From IMG/VR virus record IMGVR_UViG_3300029305_002776: DNA of 64,000 nucleotides; one strand, given 5' to 3'. The stretch is from a virus (taxonomy: Duplodnaviria; Heunggongvirae; Uroviricota; Caudoviricetes). Made by a program: the position numbers and the translations under genes. This document shows positions 1-7,782 of this stretch, piece by piece. Numbering within the stretch: position 1 is the stretch's first letter; each line of letters starts with the position of its first letter. Below the pieces are notes generated by a model. The model saw nothing but the letters and a program-made list of their open reading frames with translations, searched no databases and was not told where the DNA came from.

Positions 1-908
1 CCTGCGCTGATACAGATACCATACTGGTCTGCCATGGCTACTACGTCTTGACCTTTAACGCCGTCAATACGTACATTAATATTAGAATTCACCCTTTTAG
101 GTAACAAACCGTTTAAACGTACCCCATCAATATCCAATAGACAAGGCAACAAAATCCTTCTCATTTCCAAAATATGTTTATTTCTTGCTTGCATATTGAT
201 TACCGAATCTTCAAGAGCCGCTGCCATTGAGATTATACCGAGCACATTTTCTGTACCGCCACGCTTGCCCATCTCCTGTTTGCCTCCATATATTAAGGAA
301 GGAACTTTAATTCCATTTTTGACATAAAGAAATCCTATTCCTTTTGGAGCACCAAATTTATGTCCTGATGCTGAAAGCATATCGCAATCACTATCTTTAA
401 CATCAATAGGAAGATGCCCTACAGCTTGTACTGCATCTGTATGAAAATATCTATTGTACGCATGTGATATTCTAGCTAAGTCTTTAATTGGTTGAATAGT
501 TCCAATTTCATTGTTCACAAACATACAAGAAATCAATTCTTGATATGGATGTAAGTAAGGGACTGCTGACATATATTCTTCGAATGCATAGTGGTTTATC
601 GTTCCATAATCAGCATCAAACCAATGCTTTCCTGCAACTGAATGATGCTCTATCTTGGAAGTTAAACAGGTTTTATCGTGTAGTGCCCAAGTGTTTGCCT
701 CAGAGCCACCACTTGTAAAGTAAATCTCATTGGGCTCTGCATTAATACACTTAGCAATTTTTTCTCTTGCGTCTTCAATGAGCATCTTTGCTTTATGCCC
801 AATTTCATGTGAACTACTTGGATTTCCAAAATCATCTAAGTGCTCAATGATTGCTTTCTTTGCCGCTTCACATATCGGTGTGGTTGCAGCATGATCTAAA
901 TAAATCAT
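1..908 (-). CDS. cysteine desulfurase (NifS/IscS family), C-terminal part lies beyond window start
   Basis: Reverse translation from 908 gives MIYLDHAATTP...SSSHEIG...SGHKFGAPKGIGFLY, i.e. PLP-lysine motif SGHKxxGPxGxG and N-terminal DHAATT of class V aminotransferase/cysteine desulfurases; not in ORF track because it runs off the window. Confidence 0.8.
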   Translation of the reverse strand, partial: MIYLDHAATTPICEAAKKAIIEHLDDFGNPSSSHEIGHKAKMLIEDAREKIAKCINAEPNEIYFTSGGSEANTWALHDKTCLTSKIEHHSVAGKHWFDADYGTINHYAFEEYMSAVPYLHPYQELISCMFVNNEIGTIQPIKDLARISHAYNRYFHTDAVQAVGHLPIDVKDSDCDMLSASGHKFGAPKGIGFLYVKNGIKVPSLIYGGKQEMGKRGGTENVLGIISMAAALEDSVINMQARNKHILEMRRILLPCLLDIDGVRLNGLLPKRVNSNINVRIDGVKGQDVVAMADQYGICISA

Positions 909-1088
909 TGGAATATACCCCCATTTCTGTTGTAAGCTTATACTACCACAATAATTTTGTGTTGTCAAGTAAAATAAAAAGACGGATGCATCACGCACCC
1001 GTCTCCTTATGCCATTCATCACTTCTCCACGAGAGCGAAGTTGATTAATTTTATTTTAAAAACACTCAGTTGTACGAGCAATTATAGA

Positions 1089-1376
1089 TTAATCATCCAT
1101 GTCTTCGCTAATGTTGAGTAGCTTGGAGAAATTTGTAATAATTGCAGTATTGTGCTTGCGATTCTTATTCATAGAATTGCGAGTCTCTGTAAGCTGTGTG
1201 ACATAGCTATCAATCTCGTTGATGGTATCATCAAGCTCCTGATTAATTCGCTCTAGACCAGAAATTGTGCTAGTCACAACACTAACTGCAAGTTCGGCCT
1301 TATACTGTAGCTTGTTAAGCTTAGCATTCTTTTCGGCTAGAACATCCTGCTTCTTCCACATAAACATATTAAACAC
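1089..1376 (-). CDS. hypothetical coiled-coil protein (95 aa)
   Basis: ORF on dominant strand directly downstream of SPFH gene; heptad-like charged sequence. Confidence 0.4.
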   Translation of the reverse strand: MFNMFMWKKQDVLAEKNAKLNKLQYKAELAVSVVTSTISGLERINQELDDTINEIDSYVTQLTETRNSMNKNRKHNTAIITNFSKLLNISEDMDD

Positions 1377-1381
1377 ACTCC

Positions 1382-2272
1382 TTATCCATCAATACTTACA
1401 ATTGCAGTGCCGCCAGAAACCTTGGGCATAACACCATCCCACTGCTCATACTTAATCTTTTCAATTAGCTGAGAGGTTAGAGAAGCAGCAATTTTCCGAT
1501 TGGCCTCAGCCTCAGCCTCGGCAGCAATACGCAGAGTCTCAGCCTTGGCATTGGCTTCAATAACTGCCTTTTCTGCGGCAATCTGAGCAACTTCCTTGTC
1601 CTTCTGAGCCTGAATCTTGGCAGTCTGTGCCTCGATGTTGGCAAGCTCTAGCTCCTGCTGTGCAGTAACCTTCTTCTGAATAGCTGCTGCTGTTTCTGCA
1701 TCAACGGAAATGTCAGTAAAGTTTACAGTGTCAATGATAATACCATACTGATCAAACTTCTCACGCAGATATACATCAAGCTCTGCATTAATTGCGGTAC
1801 GCTTGTCACCAAAGATGTCAGTTACAGGATAGTTTGCAGAGACTTCCTGAGTCCATGCAACAATCTTGGGCTTAATAAAACTGTTCTTAATTTCTTCGCC
1901 AGACTTTCCCTTAAACATCGTAAAAGTTTGGGCCACTCGGTCGGCATCGAACTTATAAGAGAATTCCAAATTTACACGAACCGTCTTACCATCTGAGGTA
2001 GGAATGCTGAAGCTCTCATCATTGGGGGAGTCTCCCTTATCCTCGCTAGTCAGATATGACTGCTCAAGACCAATAGAGTATGTAGTTACCTTCTTTGTGG
2101 GTGCCACAACCTTCCAGCCCTGAGACAGAGTTTCATCTTCAATGCCTCCATTCATGTTGTACACAACGCCAACATAACCAGCAGGAATTTTCTCGATACA
2201 TGTTACCACACAAAATAGACCGATGATTAGAATTAGTGCTAGACCAACACCGCCAAATAGACCTTTTCTCAT
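1382..2272 (-). CDS. SPFH/band-7 (prohibitin/stomatin-like) membrane protein
   Basis: N-terminal TM helix, SPFH core (VGVVYNMNGG...VRVNLEFSYKF...) and Ala/Glu-rich coiled-coil tail typical of prohibitin/HflK family. Confidence 0.7.
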   Translation of the reverse strand: MRKGLFGGVGLALILIIGLFCVVTCIEKIPAGYVGVVYNMNGGIEDETLSQGWKVVAPTKKVTTYSIGLEQSYLTSEDKGDSPNDESFSIPTSDGKTVRVNLEFSYKFDADRVAQTFTMFKGKSGEEIKNSFIKPKIVAWTQEVSANYPVTDIFGDKRTAINAELDVYLREKFDQYGIIIDTVNFTDISVDAETAAAIQKKVTAQQELELANIEAQTAKIQAQKDKEVAQIAAEKAVIEANAKAETLRIAAEAEAEANRKIAASLTSQLIEKIKYEQWDGVMPKVSGGTAIVSIDG

Positions 2273-3133
2273 TTTTAATCTTCTCCTTCGTTTTCATTTT
2301 TAGTGTCTTTTATATTTAAACATTCAACTGCATCGTTGAATATAGTGCTTAAAAAGCTACCAAATGGTTTGAATAACCCACATGCAAAAAACCATATCAT
2401 AGTTAACGCTAGAACAACAAGCAACCAAAATACAACATTCAATTTACATCAATCCTTTTTACATGTTTTAGAGTTATGGTGCTGCTTTATTCATCCAACC
2501 TGTTTTAGCAGGTACAGACCGTGAGGATTTTAAGAGGTGCTTTATGAAAAAGACTGTCATCGTGACAGATGGCGCCGCACTGAGGTGTCGATCCCCACAG
2601 GGCTACGAACCCTGCCAACCGTTTTCAAGACGGAGCCAGCAGCCGTGCTGGTTAATGCGGCATATTATATAAAAACATCACATTCACTCTCCCGATTCTC
2701 TAAGTGAAACAACCTTCCTCTGAACCACATTATTCAGCCTTACGGGTGTAACATAAAAGGTCATGGCTATTTTATTGATCGTACTTTTACCACCATGTGA
2801 TGTTTAATTAGAGTGTTTTTATTTTCGGTTTACACCTAGTTGCAACCTGGATACCACACAACCCTAATAACGCTCCACATAACTTTGCAACAAAACTATG
2901 CTTCTCAGCTTGGCGGAGCAGGTGAGTGCCGACCTCACTCGTCGCATTTCTGCGGCCTAATGGTTTAGCAAACCATCCCCTTTGCCAACATTGGGTACTG
3001 CTCCATGCGCAACCAGTTAGGCAGTAACTGGCAACTGTCATACATATTACAAAGCATATTATGAAATAGTTGTGCAGAACTAATCCCGTCCTTGTCATCG
3101 GACTAATATTAAAACCCTGCTGCACCAAGGGAC

Positions 3134-3209
3134 TGGAGCTGACGGTGAGACTCGAACTCACAACCTACTGATTACAAGTCAGTTGCGCTGCCAATTGCGC
3201 CACGCCAGC
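3134..3209 (-). tRNA. tRNA-Thr (anticodon UGU)
   Basis: Cloverleaf GCTGGCG...ACTGA-CTTGTAA-TCAGT...GAGTTCGAGTCTCAC...CGTCAGC-T-CCA; 7 bp acceptor, canonical T-loop, CCA encoded. Confidence 0.85.
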
Positions 3210-3356
3210 ATATAAATATGGTTTGTAAAAATAAGTTTCGGAGACAGGCACCAAATCTTATAAACTTCCACCATAAAAGTTTTGTTCAATCCCACCTTTT
3301 GGACGCATCCTCTAGGCGATTACAGGCCTCACAAGTATCTGTAACCTTTATGGGTC

Positions 3357-3432
3357 TGGTGACCCATCTGGGACTCGAACCCAGGACAACTTGCTTAAAA
3401 GGCAAGTGCGCTACCACCTGCGCCAATGGGTC
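3357..3432 (-). tRNA. tRNA-Lys (anticodon UUU)
   Basis: GACCCAT...CTTGC-CTTTTAA-GCAAG...GGGTTCGAGTCCC...ATGGGTC-A-CCA. Confidence 0.85.
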
Positions 3433-3570
3433 ATGTTAAGCGACAGATGTGTTTCCATCGCTTGTTATGTTCTTATTATACTTATTCTGTAGTCGTTTTC
3501 AATTGACAAAATAAACAAAAACTATAAAGATAATTTATTCAATTTTGTTAATACCACAACTTTTATATAA

Positions 3571-4095
3571 TTACCTCTTAAGCGCATCCAAAATGTCTGC
3601 AACTAAAACATCATAGCTCTCTTCACATCCATCATAATGTCTACATGCTACACCAAATTTGTTAAGGAAGGGAAGTAACTCTTTAGAAAGCGCATCACTT
3701 TCCTGTTCGTTCTGAAAACGTCCTGTAGGATTATAAGGCTTAACACGATTAATGAATACATTCATGGAATTATAGGAATCAAATACCTTGGACACAAGAG
3801 CATTAAACTCGTCACCAAGAGTATCATCATCACAATAAAAACAAGAAAGCAGCAATGGAGAATCGGTAATAACAACGTCTACTTTGTCTTGGAGACGACT
3901 AATTCGGAAATACTGTTTACCAAAAATATATGCTTGATTCTGGAATACTGCTTTGCTTTCCTCCCAAACTTTGTCTTTGGCAAATTCAGTAACTAGCTCT
4001 ACATTTATTCCTGCCATTTTCAGTTTAGAAAATACATAAGCTGCGCCAGTTGACTTTCCTGCTCCTGGAGCGCCAAATAGATTGACTACTAACAT
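3571..4095 (-). CDS. P-loop nucleoside/nucleotide kinase-like protein (AAA_28/AAA_33-type fold)
   Basis: Walker A GAPGAGKST near N-terminus, Walker-B-like VVITDSP; size 174 aa; embedded inside tRNA island. Confidence 0.55.
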   Translation of the reverse strand: MLVVNLFGAPGAGKSTGAAYVFSKLKMAGINVELVTEFAKDKVWEESKAVFQNQAYIFGKQYFRISRLQDKVDVVITDSPLLLSCFYCDDDTLGDEFNALVSKVFDSYNSMNVFINRVKPYNPTGRFQNEQESDALSKELLPFLNKFGVACRHYDGCEESYDVLVADILDALKR

Positions 4096-4128
4096 AATAA
4101 AACCTCCAATAAATTACTTTGAATATAT

Positions 4129-4201
4129 GGTAGAAGATGTCGGACTCGAACCGCTACCCAAGCTCCCAAAGCTAGTGTGTTACCATTACACCACATCCTC
4201 T
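4129..4201 (-). tRNA. tRNA-Pro (anticodon UGG)
   Basis: AGAGGAT...CTAGC-TTTGGGA-GCTTG (one mismatch in anticodon stem)...GCGGTTCGAGTCCGA...ATCTTCT-A-CCA. Confidence 0.75.
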
Positions 4202-4205
4202 ATAT

Positions 4206-4292
4206 TGGTGCTACTGATAAGATTTGAACTTACACGGCATTGCTACCACAAGCACCTCAAGCTTGCATGTCTACCTATTCCATCACAGTAGC
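4206..4292 (-). tRNA. tRNA-Leu (anticodon GAG), class II with long variable arm
   Basis: GCTACTG...CAAGC-TTGAGGT-GCTTG, 16-nt variable arm, T-arm GTAAGTTCAAATCTTAT, CAGTAGC-A-CCA. Confidence 0.85.
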
Positions 4293-4295
4293 ATA

Positions 4296-4370
4296 TGGAG
4301 CGAGTGAGGATAATCGAAATCCCATCCCTAGCTTGGAAGGCTAGTATCTTAGCCATTAGACGACACTCGC
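4296..4370 (-). tRNA. tRNA-Gly (anticodon UCC)
   Basis: GCGAGTG...CTAGC-CTTCCAA-GCTAG...GGGATTTCGATTATCC...CACTCGC-T-CCA. Confidence 0.85.
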
Positions 4371-4559
4371 ATCTTTAATATTTTGATGTTTTATGGCTTG
4401 GTGGAGGTGGGGTTTCACCAGTGCCGCAGCCGCAGACATCATAACTGCCTATCCCCTACTTTTCTCTCAGCCTCGCTCCGCAGAGTCGGCAAATCCGATA
4501 GCTTTTATTGTCGTCGAGAGAGCATCGACTAGATGCCTTTCACATCTGCACTTCCTATT

Positions 4560-4635
4560 TGGCAGGGGCTTAAGGATTCGAACCCTAACCACATGGCTTT
4601 GGAGGCCAGCAGGCTACCAATTACAACAAACCCCT
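4560..4635 (-). tRNA. tRNA-Trp (anticodon CCA)
   Basis: AGGGGTT...CTCCAAA anticodon loop...AGGGTTCGAATCCTT...AGCCCCT-G-CCA; close in layout to bacterial tRNA-Trp. Confidence 0.8.
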
Positions 4636-4966
4636 ATAATTGATGGAATCAGCGCTTAATGTTCATGACCATGTTAAGCGCAGAAACTTCGGGCCGTTCG
4701 GTCTTTCACTACTAAGTCCGTTACAAAGACACTTATCCATCTGTATCTTTTAGTGGCTCCCTAACTAGTATTGAGACTTGCGTATATTTTTGTGAGGTTG
4801 ACCCTCTATTTATATAACCACTCTTTTTTAGCTCCTCATTTTTACAGCCGAGGCTTGCTGTTTATGCACTATCCAACTTTATGCATAAAGTTATGCTCTA
4901 TCCAGTATTGGGTATACTGTTTACTCCAGATCTTCTGCCTTGAGCTGATATCCCAATTGGCGCACA

Positions 4967-5042
4967 TGGCGGGACGCATAGGGATCGAACCTATGACACC
5001 GTGGTTAACAGCCACGTGCTCTACCGACTGAGCTAGCGTCCC
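4967..5042 (-). tRNA. tRNA-Asn (anticodon GUU)
   Basis: GGGACGC-TA-GCTCAGTCGGTAGAGC...GTGGC-TGTTAAC-CACGG...AGGTTCGATCCCT...GCGTCCC-G-CCA. Confidence 0.85.
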
Positions 5043-5264
5043 ATATTATAGTTTTGTTCGTAATCGGATAACTATAAACCGACCCACCTCAACCTTGGAG
5101 TTCAAAGGTTCACTCCTCAAATCTTTGGACGACTCCGCAGATTATCCTTTGATTGTCCTCGTTGTTATTTAAAGTCGTATGACCTCACGACACGCCAATT
5201 CGAGCAATTACGGTTAGTTCTCTACTATGCAACGTACAGTTTTTTAATGCTACTCTGTTTCGCA

Positions 5265-5339
5265 TGGCACGGCTGGATGGATTTGAACCATCGAATGCGG
5301 GAGTCAAAGTCCCGTGCCTTACCACTTGGCTACAGCCGT
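5265..5339 (-). tRNA. tRNA-Gln (anticodon UUG)
   Basis: ACGGCTG...CGGGA-CTTTGAC-TCCCG...GATGGTTCAAATCCATC-CAGCCGT-G-CCA. Confidence 0.85.
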
Positions 5340-5451
5340 ATATAAATTGCCTTACCTTTCTGTCTCTAGTGTGCCTTTCGGCCTTCAACTCTCTCCGTAG
5401 TAAGGCGGGACACGTAAATCTGCCCACGTGGTTGCCCTAGGTACAACTTGT

Positions 5452-5525
5452 TGGTTGCGGAGACTGGATTCGAACCAGTGTCTTTAGGTTATGAGCCTAA
5501 CAAGGAACCTCTCCTCTACTCCGCA
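5452..5525 (-). tRNA. tRNA-Met/Ile2 (anticodon CAU; initiator, elongator or lysidine-Ile not distinguishable)
   Basis: TGCGGAG...TTAGG-CTCATAA-CCTAA...ACTGGTTCGAATCCAGT-CTCCGCA-A-CCA; unusual U1-A72. Confidence 0.8.
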
Positions 5526-5794
5526 ATATAAATAGAGCCGTATGCATCCAACTCTAAGCTATTCGTTTTGACATAACAGGTTGCCATCCTAATGGGTCTA
5601 TCTATAACAATTAACTATGTTATACTCAATCACCATCATTACATTTAACTTAAGGAAGTAAATGAATCACCCATTTATTTTGAGCCATTAATGTAGGCGG
5701 ATAATCGTATTAAAGGATACAATTCCAACAAACTCACCGTTTCAGTCACGAGGTGGTGAACCTATCCATTCAGGATTCTCATAGGAATTTCACC

Positions 5795-5850
5795 TTACAG
5801 TCCTGCGAGGATTCGAACCTCATTTCAACCAACCATGGTCTAGGACATAT
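5795..5850 (-). ncRNA. tRNA-like fragment (canonical T-arm GAGGTTCGAATCCTC plus partial acceptor GTCCTAG/GCAGGAC, no D/anticodon arms)
   Basis: Perfect T-arm but only 18 nt between 5' acceptor strand and T-arm; cannot fold as full tRNA. Confidence 0.35.
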
Positions 5851-6036
5851 ATAAATCAAGCCCCTCCTGCTTGATGTTCTCCAAAAACCAATAGTTTCCT
5901 ATCTGGAGAGCCACTGCATCTTGATGTGTCAGACTACGATATATCGGAGTGTACCTTTCGGTACGGGACTCATAGTCAATCCCCTATATGAACCACAAAC
6001 AACCACAAAACCCAGGAACCTCTTCCCAAGTCCCCA

Positions 6037-6112
6037 TGGCGACTCTGGCGGGTTTCGATCCCGCTACCTCCAGCGTGACAGGCTGGCGCTCTCCCGATTG
6101 AGCTACAGAGCC
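6037..6112 (-). tRNA. tRNA-Asp (anticodon GUC)
   Basis: GGCTCTG-TA-GCTCAATCGGGAGAGC...CCAGC-CTGTCAC-GCTGG...GCGGGATCGAAACCCGC-CAGAGTC-G-CCA. Confidence 0.85.
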
Positions 6113-6128
6113 ATAGAAAGAAGATGTA

Positions 6129-6356
6129 TTAATTAAAGCCCATCTTCTTAACGGCATCAATGAATTGCTGAGGGTCTGCATGGTCAGGTGCTACAAGATT
6201 TACTTTTTCGCCAATTAGAGTAAATAGTGCAAGCAAGCTTTTTGCATTAACGGTCACAAGACCCTTGCTTACATTGATTTCAAAAGGCTGCTGAGAAGCA
6301 ATTTCGCTTAGCTTCATAATGTCTTCTGTGCTATCAAGCTGAACTGTGTAGGTCAT
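6129..6356 (-). CDS. HPr/Crh-like small protein (HPr fold lacking His15 region)
   Basis: Pattern ...VNAKSLLALFTLIGEKVNLVAPD...QQFIDAVKKM parallels the HPr Ser46 region GKSASAKSLFKLQTLGL...; ORF track start 6365 is GTG, ATG with RBS at 6356. Confidence 0.4.
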   Translation of the reverse strand: MTYTVQLDSTEDIMKLSEIASQQPFEINVSKGLVTVNAKSLLALFTLIGEKVNLVAPDHADPQQFIDAVKKMGFN

Positions 6357-6384
6357 TATTTTCACTTCCTTTGTTTTAATTATG

Positions 6385-6461
6385 TGGCACCCCAGGAGGG
6401 ACTCAAACCCCCGACACCGTGCTTAGAAGGCACGTGCTCTATTCACCTGAGCTACTGGGGC
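6385..6461 (-). tRNA. tRNA-Arg (anticodon UCU)
   Basis: GCCCCAG-TA-GCTCAGGTGAATAGAGC...CGTGC-CTTCTAA-GCACG...GGGGGTTTGAGTCCCTC-CTGGGGT-G-CCA. Confidence 0.85.
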
Positions 6462-6601
6462 ATATGAGATAATATAAAGGCTGTTCATCTCACTCCATTT
6501 ACTACAGCTCCTGAATCGTGCAAGCCTTCTAGTGCGAATGTTTTAATTCTAACTCTTAGCCAGTATCATCTTGCGTCCGCTTCGTAGCACCTTTATAACT
6601 G

Positions 6602-6678
6602 TGGTAGACGGAGGAGGATTCGAACCTTCCTATCTCAGGATTATAAGTCCTGGGCCGATCCATATTGGCGTTCCGTCC
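6602..6678 (-). tRNA. tRNA-Ile (anticodon UAU), slightly atypical T-stem/variable region
   Basis: GGACGGA...CAGGA-CTTATAA-TCCTG...GGAAGGTTCGAATCCTCC-TCCGTCT-A-CCA; A.C mismatch in T-stem or 6-nt variable loop. Confidence 0.65.
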
Positions 6679-6686
6679 ATATAAAA

Positions 6687-6761
6687 TGGTGGCCCCTAGG
6701 GTAGTCGAAACCCTGCCTCTGGATTGAGAATCCAGCGTCTTTGCCACTTGACTAAGGGGCC
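6687..6761 (-). tRNA. tRNA-Glu (anticodon CUC)
   Basis: GGCCCCT-TA-GTCAAGTGGCAAAGAC...CTGGA-TTCTCAA-TCCAG...AGGGTTTCGACTACCCT-AGGGGCC-A-CCA. Confidence 0.8.
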
Positions 6762-6764
6762 ATA

Positions 6765-6915
6765 TGGTACTCCCAACGGGATTCGAACCCGTGACTCCGC
6801 CTTTGGTGCTGAATGCAAGAATTGAACTCGCATCATTGCGTCCACACACACCGTTTTTCTTAAACTAATCCAGCGAAAGGGCGACGACTTAGGCCGCTTG
6901 TCGATGGGAGCATAT
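6765..6915 (-). ncRNA. cluster of tRNA-like 3' halves / pseudo-tRNA elements (two T-arm+acceptor+CCA modules: ...GAGTTCAATTCTTGC-ATTCAGC-A-CCA and ...ACGGGTTCGAATCCCGT-TGGGAGT-A-CCA) without canonical 5' halves
   Basis: Two consecutive canonical T-arms each followed by 7-nt acceptor strand, discriminator and CCA, but no complementary 5' acceptor/D/anticodon arms could be found upstream. Confidence 0.35.
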
Positions 6916-7083
6916 CTTCCTGTCAAGGATTGAGACCCACACAAGGCACCACAATACTAATCTCAACAGGAAAAAGCCATGCGTCCGAAGAACCTCATCT
7001 GCAGCTGATAGGTTTTTAACAGAGATAGCAGTAAAAGTAATGAGCTGAACCGCACAAACGTTAACATAACCAACATGGCACAT

Positions 7084-7159
7084 TGGTGGAGCCTAGGAGA
7101 ATCGAACTCCTGACCTCTTCCTTGCAAGGGAAGCGTTCTACCATCTGAACTAAGACCCC
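7084..7159 (-). tRNA. tRNA-Ala (anticodon UGC)
   Basis: GGGGTCT...CTTCC-CTTGCAA-GGAAG...CAGGAGTTCGATTCTCCT-AGGCTCC-A-CCA; G3.U70 alanine identity pair present. Confidence 0.85.
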
Positions 7160-7200
7160 ATATTGAGCCTTTTTAAATCATGCTCAGGATTGGAGGGGGA

Positions 7201-7288
7201 TGGTGGGCCGAGTAGGAGTCGAACCTACGGTGTATCTTACGTGCCTGATTTACAGTCAGGTGTCATCGCCAACTAGACGTACCGACCC
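7201..7288 (-). tRNA. tRNA-Tyr (anticodon GUA), class II
   Basis: GGGTCGG...CCTGA-CTGTAAA-TCAGG, long variable arm, GTAGGTTCGACTCCTAC-TCGGCCC-A-CCA. Confidence 0.85.
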
Positions 7289-7289
7289 A

Positions 7290-7780
7290 TATTGAGCAGT
7301 TTTATATCTTACTCAGGATTTCATTTCTGAGAATGTTTTCCGTTGGATGTAGATATGTATAAAATATTAAATAAATCATTTGAAAGAAATAATAATTTTT
7401 AGTAAAATTATAGAAGTAACCAACAGAACTGCATCAGATATGACACTTATGAAAGTTCTGAGAATATCGGCAATAGTTTAAAACCAGCAAGTGGTTGTAA
7501 AGGATTTGAACCTTTTAAAAATTTTTGCAAAATAAAATTTTATTATCCGAAGTAACTATATGCCACTGCATCAGAACTATTTTATTTATTATGTTCGGAG
7601 AATGTTGCCTGTTGGAGATGGATTACACCAAAAGATTTTAAGTCTTTTTCTTTTCAAGTCAAGAAGTATCCAACTGACCTGCTTCCGAACTGTAGTATTT
7701 GCGAGAATAAGGTGGAAGAGGTGAACATTATCATATTAGCAGTATGAAGTATCTCTTCCAGTCTGCATCGCAAATACCTT
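7290..7780. repeat. AT-rich intergenic region with three degenerate ~130 bp tandem units (shared blocks ...ctgcatcaga..., gttctgagaata-tcggcaa-tag) and an isolated tRNA T-arm/acceptor remnant (ggatttgaacc, 7502-7512)
   Basis: Direct comparison of 7425-7560, 7562-7690, 7672-7780; short repeat catattgagc...(t)tactcaggatt also follows tRNA-Ala and tRNA-Tyr. Confidence 0.4.
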
Positions 7781-7782
7781 AA

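Noticed and set aside
2555-2686. Plus-strand 43-aa ORF with SD (AAGAGGTG) starting ATGAAAAAGACT in the SPFH-tRNA spacer
   Set aside because: Opposite to every neighbouring gene, low-complexity Pro/Gln/Arg-rich product, and the region is GC-rich with tRNA-like hairpins. It is more likely RNA structure than coding, but uncertain.
2808-7083. Numerous 60-100 aa ORFs in the track across the tRNA island (e.g. 2808..3161, 3218..3439, 4082..4291, 4393..4659, 4771..5031, 5185..5427, 5921..6136, 5984..6181, 6556..6849, 6696..6944, 6889..7083)
   Set aside because: They overlap tRNA genes on either strand, lack SD sequences and are GC-rich only because of the tRNAs. They are treated as spurious.
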